Shown here one piece after another: positions 13,752-22,097 of a stretch of 64,000 nt of DNA. The notes below the pieces were generated by a model. It was not told where the DNA came from and searched no databases. It saw only the letters and a list, made by a program, of their open reading frames with translations. The position numbers and the translations under genes were made by a program. The first letter of the stretch is position 1, and each line of letters opens with the position of its first letter. Origin of the DNA: Podarcis pityusensis (taxonomy: Eukaryota); the NCBI GenBank assembly GCA_964106645.2, contig OZ067047.1; one strand, written 5' to 3'.

Positions 13752-16700
13752 TCCACCTCCCCTCCAGGGCCCCCTTCATCCCCTCTCGCCCCCTCCTCTA
13801 CGGGCGGTGAGGAGGCAAAACCCCGGAATGAACTTCCTTCATCTTCCGATGTCCCGAACACTTCTCTCCACCTGTTGCGGTTCCTGGTCTCGAAGTACTC
13901 CTCCTCCTCAGAGTCCATCTCCCCTTCCCCTTCCGATTCCGAGAATCCTTCCAACTCCTCCTCCTCATCGGTGGTCCCAAAGTATTCCCTCCGGAACCTC
14001 TCCACAGGCTGAGGTTTCCTTGGGAACCTTTGATGGAACGTTTCTATCAATACCTCGTCATTGATATCTTCTGCCATTACCCAAGTGTTTTCTGACTCCG
14101 GTTCTCCTTCCCACGCTACCAAATACTCCACCTGATCCCCCTTCCATCTGGCGTCGAGGATTTCTGCCACATGGCTGCTGCATTCCCTTTCTTCTATGAC
14201 CGGTCCCCGAGTGGTCATCCCTTCTCGTCCCCCCTCATACGGTGACAGTAACGACCTGTGAAATACTGGGTGCAGTTTCATGTGGTTGGGTAACCGGAGC
14301 CTGAAAGCCACTGGGTTGACCTGTTGAATGACCTCAAAGGGACCCAATCTCCTGGGTCTTAATTTCTTACAACCTCCTTTGAACGGCAACCCTTGGGTTG
14401 ACAGCCACACCCTATCTCCCACCCTTATGGTTTCACCTTCCCTTCGGTTCTTGTCTGCCTGCCTCTTGTATTCTTCCTTCGCCCTTTCTAAGTTGAGTTG
14501 GAGCTGACGATGGATTGCTTCCATTTCTTCTACAAAATGCTCGGCTGCCGGAACACCCCATCTCTCCCCTTCTCCCCCTGGGAAAGCCCTGGGATGACAC
14601 CCATAATTAGCCAAGAAGGGGCTCATCCCTGTGGACACATTCTCGGCATTGTTGTAGGCAAATTCCGCCAGCGCCAACTTTTCTACCCAGTCATTCTCTC
14701 TGTCATTGACATAACACCTCAGGTATTGCTGGAGGACCCCGTTTGCTCTTTCCGCCTGCCCGTTGGTTTCAGGGTGCCGGGCAGTCGAAAAGTTGACCTC
14801 CACCTGCAGTAAGCTCATGAGCTTCCTCCAGAACCTGGAAGTAAATTGTTTTCCTCGGTCTGAGACCACCCTCAATGGCACCCCGTGCAACCTAAAAATG
14901 TGTTCTACAAATAACTTCGCTGTCTCTTCCGCCGTGACTGCATGCGAGCAGGCTACAAAGTGGCACATCTTTGTTAGTAGGTCTACCACCACCATGATGG
15001 CTGTTTTCCCCTTGGACTTCGGCAGATCAGTCATAAAATCTATCGACACTGCCTCCCAAGGTCGTTCTGGGGTTGGTAAGGGTTCTAATAGCCCCGCCGG
15101 TGCCCGCCTCTCCCCTTTGGCTCGCTGGCATTGCTCACACCCTCTTACATACTCCCGTACATCTTCCCTCACCTTAGGCCACCAAAATTCCCTGGTGACC
15201 AACCACATGGTTTTGTGTTGTCCAAAATGCCCCGCCGTGGGGCTGTCGTGCAACTGCTTGAGTACCCTCCCCCTTAAGTCTCCTTCAGGGATATACAGTG
15301 CCCCTTTGTAATACAAAGCTCCATTTCTTTCCTCGAAACCCCCTGGTTCCTCTCCCTCACCCCTAAGACCTCTGAGCTTATTCTGGGCGTATTCATCATT
15401 CTCTGTTTCCTCTACCAGTTCTCTTTGTCCCACCAATGCCGCCCCACACACCCAGCGGTCCTCTGGAATGACATGTCTCTCTTCGGGTGCTCCCTCCTCC
15501 TCCAAATATTCAGGTTTGCGTGAGAGAGCGTCCGCCCTAATGTTCTCTGGGCCTGGCACGTAACAAATCTCAAAGTTAAATTTGGAGAACTCCTGGGCCC
15601 ATCTCACTTGCCGTTGGTTGAGCACTCGTGCCGTCCTCCAATACTCTAGGTTCTTGTGGTCAGTGCACACTTGCACCTTATGTTGTGCGCCAATTAGCAG
15701 GTGCCTCCATCTCCGGAACGCCTCATGAATGGCTAGTAGTTCTCGGTCATACACCGTGTAGTTCCTCTCGGATTTGTTCAGCTTTCGCGAAAAAAAGGCA
15801 CACGGTCTCCACTCTGACTCCTCCTTCCCTGGCTGCAGAAGCACCGCCCCAATAGCTCTGTCTGATGCGTCAGTTTCCACTCTCATCGGTTTTTGTAAAT
15901 CCACATGCAGGAGTTGTTGTTCCGAGGCGAAGGCCCTTTTTAGTTCCTCAAATGCTCGCTCCGCCTCCTCAGTCCAAACGAACTTCTTCTTACTGCTGAG
16001 ACAGTCCGTAATGGGCGCCGTCAGGTGGGCAAAGTTTCGGATGAACTTACGATAGAAGTTCCCAAATCCTAGGAACCTCTGCACATCCTTCCTTGTTTTG
16101 GGTGTTTTCCATTCCAGCACCGCCTGGACCTTGCCGGGATCCATGGCCAATCCCTTGTCTGACAGGCGATACCCCAGGAATTCCACCTCCTTGGTATGAA
16201 ACTGACACTTCTCCAGTTTCACCCACAGCTGGTTGGCTTGCAGCCTGCTCAACACTTCTCTGACGTCTCTCACATGCTGCTCCTCATTCTCAGAATACAC
16301 CAACACGTCGTCTAAGAAGGCCACACAATTCTTGTAAAGCAAAGGCCCCAGGACGTGGTTCATAAACGATTGAAAGCACGCGGAGCCTCCTTGTAGGCCG
16401 AAGGGCATAACTAAATATTCAAATGCCCCCAAAGGGGTGAACATGGTGGTTTTCCATTCATCCCCCTTCCTTATTCGTATCAGGTTGTACGCCCCCCTTA
16501 GGTCCAGTTTAGTAAAAATCTTTCCCTTCCTGACCCTTGTCAAAATGTCGTCAATCCTGGGCATAGGGAAAGCCACTGGTTCTGACACTGCATTTAAGGC
16601 CCTGAAGTCACACACAAGCCTCGGCTTGTTCGTGTTTTTTTTATCCACAAAAAACACTGGGCTGCCCCCCACCGCCCTGGACTCTCTGATGAACCCTCTC

Positions 16701-17539
16701 TTCAGGTTCTTGTCAATGAACTCTCTTAGCTCCTGCATCTCTCTGTCTGACATGGCGTACAGCTTGCCTACAGGGAGCTGTGCCCCAGGGAGTAAATTGA
16801 TTTGACAGTCAAAGGGTCTATGCGGGGGTAATTGGTCAGCTTCCCTTTCGCTGAAGACGTCGCGGAGATCTGCGTATTGTCGTGGTACCTTCACGTTCTC
16901 CGTTACTTCAGTCCCTGCTAGGGTGGCTTGGGCCCCTGCCAAACCCTTTCCCTCTTTGCAGTGTTCTAAGCAATGTGCTGAACCAAAAGAAACCACTCTC
17001 TGATGCCAGCCCACCAGCGGATCATGTAACGCTAGCCAGCTCATCCCCAATATAATGGGAGCTCCTCCCAAGGTGGCCACATTAAACGCTATCAGTTCGG
17101 TGTGCCTTGCCACCTTCATTATCATTGGGACGGTCTGCAAGCTGACTTCTCCTCCCAACAGCTCCCTGCCATCGATCGTGGTCACCTGCAGGGGGTTGCT
17201 TAAAGGGATCGTCTGTATCTGGTGTTCAGCTGCAAACTCTTTGCTCATGAAATTGCAGGAGCTGCCTGAGTCCAACAGCGCCTTTATCTTTAGAGGGTGT
17301 CCGTTTGGCAGCTCTAGCGCCACTTCTATCACTAGGGCGGGTTTAGGAGGTTCTGGCGTGGGCACTTTCACTGCTCTTTGGCCTGGCTGCTGTGCCCCGA
17401 CGGTGGCAGCCAGGCGTTGGCTTTTACTTGCTTCGGTATTTCTTCCTCTCTTCCCTCCACAGCTCCTACCATCCCTTGCCATTCCTTCCTCTGGGGGCAG
17501 ACTCTGGCAAAGTGACCTGGCTGTTGGCAGAGATAGCAT
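13448..17539 (-). CDS. pol: Retrotransposon Pol polyprotein (aspartic protease, RT, RNase H, integrase, chromodomain, acidic/basic tail); probably entered by -1 frameshift near 17422
   Basis: ALLDSGS (PR); MPFGL and AFLDDVL (RT); ETDASD...DHKNL...ADALSR (RNase H); H-H...CEQC zinc finger, SIDF/SDRG/GQAER (DDE) and GPF (IN); YLVAWEG...NTW (chromodomain); uninterrupted ORF in the -1 frame relative to gag. Confidence 0.96.
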   Translation of the reverse strand: MLSLPTARSLCQSLPPEEGMARDGRSCGGKRGRNTEASKSQRLAATVGAQQPGQRAVKVPTPEPPKPALVIEVALELPNGHPLKIKALLDSGSSCNFMSKEFAAEHQIQTIPLSNPLQVTTIDGRELLGGEVSLQTVPMIMKVARHTELIAFNVATLGGAPIILGMSWLALHDPLVGWHQRVVSFGSAHCLEHCKEGKGLAGAQATLAGTEVTENVKVPRQYADLRDVFSEREADQLPPHRPFDCQINLLPGAQLPVGKLYAMSDREMQELREFIDKNLKRGFIRESRAVGGSPVFFVDKKNTNKPRLVCDFRALNAVSEPVAFPMPRIDDILTRVRKGKIFTKLDLRGAYNLIRIRKGDEWKTTMFTPLGAFEYLVMPFGLQGGSACFQSFMNHVLGPLLYKNCVAFLDDVLVYSENEEQHVRDVREVLSRLQANQLWVKLEKCQFHTKEVEFLGYRLSDKGLAMDPGKVQAVLEWKTPKTRKDVQRFLGFGNFYRKFIRNFAHLTAPITDCLSSKKKFVWTEEAERAFEELKRAFASEQQLLHVDLQKPMRVETDASDRAIGAVLLQPGKEESEWRPCAFFSRKLNKSERNYTVYDRELLAIHEAFRRWRHLLIGAQHKVQVCTDHKNLEYWRTARVLNQRQVRWAQEFSKFNFEICYVPGPENIRADALSRKPEYLEEEGAPEERHVIPEDRWVCGAALVGQRELVEETENDEYAQNKLRGLRGEGEEPGGFEERNGALYYKGALYIPEGDLRGRVLKQLHDSPTAGHFGQHKTMWLVTREFWWPKVREDVREYVRGCEQCQRAKGERRAPAGLLEPLPTPERPWEAVSIDFMTDLPKSKGKTAIMVVVDLLTKMCHFVACSHAVTAEETAKLFVEHIFRLHGVPLRVVSDRGKQFTSRFWRKLMSLLQVEVNFSTARHPETNGQAERANGVLQQYLRCYVNDRENDWVEKLALAEFAYNNAENVSTGMSPFLANYGCHPRAFPGGEGERWGVPAAEHFVEEMEAIHRQLQLNLERAKEEYKRQADKNRREGETIRVGDRVWLSTQGLPFKGGCKKLRPRRLGPFEVIQQVNPVAFRLRLPNHMKLHPVFHRSLLSPYEGGREGMTTRGPVIEERECSSHVAEILDARWKGDQVEYLVAWEGEPESENTWVMAEDINDEVLIETFHQRFPRKPQPVERFRREYFGTTDEEEELEGFSESEGEGEMDSEEEEYFETRNRNRWREVFGTSEDEGSSFRGFASSPPVEEGARGDEGGPGGEVDVRELPSEGREVKGLTQVGRDSAAEEGTSRGRGAGLRERELEGWLRDTSSENSGEVSGPPVGTPTPRRKLSRRESRRRVSVKELLCWKRFRKQPLSETASD

Positions 17540-18381
17540 TTCCGGGCGCCTTTTCCCTCCTTCTTTCCCCCCTCACTGGGCTTTGAAACTGCGCGCGCGC
17601 GCGCTGTTCCGATTTCCATCGGCTCTGCCGGCGGGAAAGTTGGCTCTGGAATGTCTGGAATGCGGAACTCCTTCCAACGTTCCCCCTTCCCTTCCCGCCT
17701 CTCCAATGCTCTCGCCTCCTGGCGCGCTCCTATGGTCAGCGCTGATTTGGTCAGCTGGTCCATAGACTCCGCCCTGGGCGCCCGGGAAAGTTCGTCTTTC
17801 ACAGCCGAAGAAAGCCCTTCTTCAAAGAGCATTTGAATGGGTTCCGCCGATAGATCCCACCCCAATTTATGGATCAACATGGTGAATTCAGTCCAGTACT
17901 CACGGACAGATCGGCTCCCCTGTTTGCAAGCCATTAACTGTCTGCGGACCACTCCCTGTTCAATATCGCTGGAAAACATCAGATCCATGGCGCGAAAGAA
18001 CTTCATCGTGTCCTTTAGGACGTCACTATTCGCTGCCATCAGGGGTCTAACCCAGTCTCTCGCCCCCTTTTCAAGATGCCCAATCACGAAAGCCACTCGT
18101 GATTCCTCGTCAGGGAATTCATCAAACTGCAGATTGAGGGCATATTGCATCTCTGTCCGAAAGCCATGATAGTCTTTGGGCTCCCCCCCAAACTTCTGCA
18201 CCAATCCTGGTACCTTTCTGACGAGCTGGGTGTCTTTCCCCTTTTTGTCTGCATCCTGAGCCCTCCTCTCCTCAAGCCTCGCCGTCTGCAGCGCTAGCTG
18301 GACCTCCAACACCCGGTACCTTTCTTCCAGGCTTGGACCCGCTCCAGCTCCTGCTTCTCCGGTTCCGGCTGGGTTGCTCAT
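17368..18381 (-). CDS. gag: Retrotransposon Gag (capsid-like domain plus CCHC zinc knuckle), 337 aa
   Basis: Retrotransposon gag motifs (QGSRSVREYWTEF, FEEGLSSAVKDEL, EPMEIG) and CYLCQQPGHFARVC = CX2CX4HX4C. Confidence 0.95.
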   Translation of the reverse strand: MSNPAGTGEAGAGAGPSLEERYRVLEVQLALQTARLEERRAQDADKKGKDTQLVRKVPGLVQKFGGEPKDYHGFRTEMQYALNLQFDEFPDEESRVAFVIGHLEKGARDWVRPLMAANSDVLKDTMKFFRAMDLMFSSDIEQGVVRRQLMACKQGSRSVREYWTEFTMLIHKLGWDLSAEPIQMLFEEGLSSAVKDELSRAPRAESMDQLTKSALTIGARQEARALERREGKGERWKEFRIPDIPEPTFPPAEPMEIGTARARAVSKPSEGGKKEGKGARKCYLCQQPGHFARVCPQRKEWQGMVGAVEGREEEIPKQVKANAWLPPSGHSSQAKEQ

Positions 18382-18426
18382 GATGCCTTCTCCTGCACAA
18401 GCTGCTCACGAAGACTGTCGGAATGC

Positions 18427-18834
18427 TGTGATGGGACGATGAGCTGCTTGTGTGTAAAATCCTAGTCCCTCAGAGTTTGGTCAAGTTTGCAAACCTCTGT
18501 CTGTAACGGAGCCCCTTAAACATGGCTCCGTCAGTCGCTGGCAGTTTCCGACAGTGGTTGCTTTCGGAATCGCTTCCAACATAAAAGCTCCTTAACGGAA
18601 ACACGTCTTCTGGACTCTCTGCGTGACAGTTTCCGGCGAGGAGTGGGTGTCCCTACAGGAGGTCCTGAAACCTCCCCACTGTTTTCGCTGGAAGTGTCTC
18701 TGAGCCATCCCTCCAGCTCCCTTTCCCTCAGCCCAGCTCCTCTCCCCCTACTGGTTCCCTCTTCAGCTGCTGAGTCTCTCCCAACCTGTGTGAGCCCTTT
18801 CACTTCCCTTCCTTCCGATGGCAGTTCCCTGACA
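18427..18834 (-). repeat. 5' LTR of the Gypsy element (408 bp)
   Basis: tgtgatggg...ccctgaca; no difference from the other LTR seen on visual comparison. Confidence 0.97.
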
Positions 18835-20208
18835 GTCTCTCTAGACAGACTGATGCTGAAAACTAAGTTAGGTCCAATAACTTAGCTCAATACCACCCAT
18901 AGTTTGAAACTAGATGTAAATTGAAGACTTCCTGATATGTGAAGGATGGGGCAAAGGCCCCAAAGACTCTCCTCCTCTCCTCATTTATTTGTTATTTATT
19001 AATGTCATATGCCACCATTCCTCCCAAAGGAGGCTGTGACTTATTAAGATGAGATATGGCCATCTGAATGTGGTCAGTGTACAGCTCTATCCTTACTCAA
19101 ACAGACTGAATAAAACTAGTTGCAACCAGACTGTATTTGTTAGAAACTCTCTTCCCCGCCCCCCGCCACTCTGTTCCTTAAAAAAAGAAATCAAGTTCAG
19201 ATTTCCAGGGTAGCATATGAGATTCCACATTTGCACAGCAAACTTGCAGACCCAAATATGCAGCCCAGCATGATGGACTTGCCATGACAGTGGAGGAATG
19301 TGCTTAGATTTCTCTTTGTGGCCTGCCAGTGATACCAAGCAAGTGTAAATAATAATCTCAGCTGGGCAAACAAGCGTTGATGTAATTGCAGACTTCTGCT
19401 GGAGATGGGCTGGTTCTGACATAATCCTTTGTGGTTCCATTCTGGAAAACGCCAGAGCAAACCATATGTACCGTACAAATGTTCAGGCATACTTAGTCAA
19501 GAGTGCCTTTATTGAAGTTTTGCCTTTATGTTTCCCTTGGCACTAAAGTCATGGTACCAGGCTTTCTTACCGTGTTTAAATTCCCAGCCCAAGACCAAAT
19601 GGAACCAAGCAGAAGTTTTCAAGTTTGATCCCTGGTATCTCCAGGTAGCACTAGGAGAGACTGAAATCCTTGAGAGCCACTGCCTGTGAGCATAGACCAT
19701 TCTGAGCTAGAGGGACTTATGGTCTGATTCAGTATAAAACAGATTCCTAGGTTCCTACTGCTGTGGTGGGCAGATCTCCCATTTCTGTGTGACTGGTGTT
19801 TGTTTAATACAGTATGCATCTCTTCCTAGTGTTTTGTTCAGTGTTGTTGTCTTATGTTTTATATTGATTGCAAACACTTTGAACACATATTTCTGGGGGG
19901 GGGGGGCGGAATGGGAGAAAGCAATTTTAAGCAAACAAATAAATAAAATATACTCCTCACAATATGATTTATGCTTTATATTTGATAAGCGCCAACATTC
20001 TCAAACTGAGGGAGAGAGCCTCAAGGTCTGTGGTGCAGCTGAGAATTGGTCAGAGTCCAAATTCTGACTAATGGGCCATGCTGGAAGCAAATATAGCGTC
20101 GTCATCTCTATTCTGCTTCATTCTCTGTCCCTGAGCAATTGCTAATGACTGGAGAAATTCACATACCCTGGCAGGGGCACTTCTATTGCCACTAACTTCT
20201 TCCCAATT

Positions 20209-20211
<3 letters not shown>

Positions 20212-20272
<61 letters not shown>
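20212..20272. repeat. Compound (GT)n(AT)n(AG)n microsatellite
   Basis: Directly visible. Confidence 0.95.
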
Positions 20273-20273
<1 letters not shown>

Positions 20274-20741
20274 TTTTTTGGGGGGGGGAGGGGGGTGTTA
20301 AACTAAAATGGTGGAAAGGATCATTGGACCCTTGCTGAAATTTCAGAGGTGTACAATAAAAAAGCTCTGCTGGTTCAGGCCAAAGGCCCACCTCTTCTGG
20401 CACCCGATGCCCATGGGAAGCCCGAAAGCAGACCTGAGCACAACAACACTCTCCCAACCTGTGATCCCCGACAACTTGTGATCCCCTGGCATTCAGAGGC
20501 ATGCTGCATCTGACAGTGGAGGCAAAACATAGTCATTGTGACTGGTAGCAATGCCAATGGAAAGAGGTGGTATGAGTGGCCAAGGTCCCAATATGTGTCA
20601 TCTTCCTTATTAGTTCCTTCTGTACTGCAAGTTTCTACTTGGCGACTTCTGCCCTTATTTTGTTCCACCAGTGGTGCGTGCCTGTCTCTTTCTCAGAGTC
20701 AGCTTCCGCTTCCTGATTGTCTTCTCTTTGTTGCCTTTCAG

Positions 20742-20883
20742 GCCTTTGAGGTGGCTGAGCAAGAGCTGGGGATCCCTGCCCTGCTGGATCCCAGTGACAT
20801 GGTCTCCATGAAGGTCCCTGACTGCCTCAGCATCATGACCTATGTCTCTCAGTATTACAACCATTTCAACAACCCCAACCAAG
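20742..20883 (+). CDS. MICALL1: MICALL1 coding exon 3 (CH domain end)
   Basis: tttcag| [42 protein letters not shown] |gtgaga. Confidence 0.95.
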
Positions 20884-21996
20884 GTGAGAGCTCCGAAGCG
20901 GGGCATTTTCCTACAGTTACCCCTCCAGGGATCTGAATGACAAAGAGGAGGAGTTGTGCTCTCCACCCCACCCCCCGCTCCATGACAATATTGGCACCTT
21001 TGCTCGCTTGCAGTCCATAAAGTTGTTCGCAGTGGTGAGCACTGACTTCTCCAAGCTTGATGAATCCATGCCCTTCTCCTAGAGCAGGTGTGGAGAACCT
21101 TTAGCCCTCCAGATGTTGCTGAACTACAACTCCCATCTTCCCTTGTCTGTGGCCATACTTACTGGGGCTGATGGGAGTTGCAGTTCAGCTGCTGAGTCTT
21201 GCCTTTTGTGAGTGGGTTAGTAGATTCCAAAGTACCATACTGGGAGCAATACGCCATCACCCTTCCTGAGACTGGCGTGGGGCAGGGCACAAACGCTTGC
21301 CTGCTCCTAATTGGCCAAATTTTGCAGATCCCCAGAACTGCTTATGGGTTTAATGATGCTGCTTAATGTTTCTGGGCTCTGTGCTGAAAGTTGAGCTTAA
21401 GGGCTCATCGCAGCTTTGAAGTATAAAGGAATGGGGTGAATAGTTTGCCCACAACAACCGGAAAGAACAGAAACTCATGTAGGCTGTGTGCTGCCACCCC
21501 TGTCTAGGTGTTTTCAACTATGAGACAGTAGCGAAGTGAGAAAATCCAGGTAGGCCAATTCCACCTCATCAAATGCAGTGATTCTCTACAACTTCTGGCC
21601 CTGAAAGCATGAAGGCTAAAAGGGGGTGGGGGTGGATATGCAAATCCATCTCCAGTGTCCCTGCATTTGCCAGCTCTGCTTCAGACCCATGTTGAGAGGG
21701 AAAGTCTGGAGATTCTAAATGCGTTCACCCAACAGGCCTAGAATCCTCCCCATGAGCCTCTCCATGCCTTAGCTGGTTCTCGATCGCAAGGAGCCTAAGC
21801 ACGCTCACCCAAACACATTAAGACTCCCTTTTCTGACTTTCCCTCTGGTTTGTGTTCAGAGATGTGCTTGGGTACATGTACTTGTCCCCTGCCCACTTTT
21901 AGCCCACATGCTTTCAGGTGAGCACCTGAAGAGGGCTTCTGTCTTTTACTTACTCAGCAGCCACCATCATGGATTGGTTCCCATCTGTCTTTGCAG

Positions 21997-22097
21997 CCAG
22001 AGTCCTCCCGCCTATGAAGCACCCTGCAGTTGCCTCCTCCCCTACTCTGCCAGCACACAAACCTGTGCCTGCCTCCGAGACCACATCAGCACCCAAG
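21997..22097 (+). CDS. MICALL1: MICALL1 coding exon 4 (Pro-rich linker)
   Basis: ttgcag| (A)RVLPPMKHPAVASSPTLPAHKPVPASETTSAPK |gtactg; its length restores phase between exons 3 and 5. Confidence 0.8.

Larger units (their letters stand above)
13344..18834 (-). mobile_element. Full-length Ty3/Gypsy chromovirus (Tf1/sushi-like) LTR retrotransposon, 5491 bp, antisense in MICALL1 intron 2
   Basis: Two 408-bp TG...CA LTRs; 5-bp TSD GTCTC (13339-13343 and 18835-18839); intact gag and pol with PR-RT-RH-IN-chromodomain order; no env. Confidence 0.97.

Noticed and set aside
13560-18169. Plus-strand ORFs antisense to gag/pol (up to 236 aa)
   Set aside because: Shadow ORFs of a purine-rich coding strand; no recognisable domains and no env-like features.
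13448-18381. Domesticated PEG10/RTL1-like host gene
   Set aside because: Intact matching LTRs, TSD and full integrase show a mobile element, not a domesticated gene.
18531-18803. Independent 90-aa gene
   Set aside because: It is the 5' LTR duplicate of the pol C-terminal frame; it starts at GTG and lies mostly upstream of the inferred TSS.
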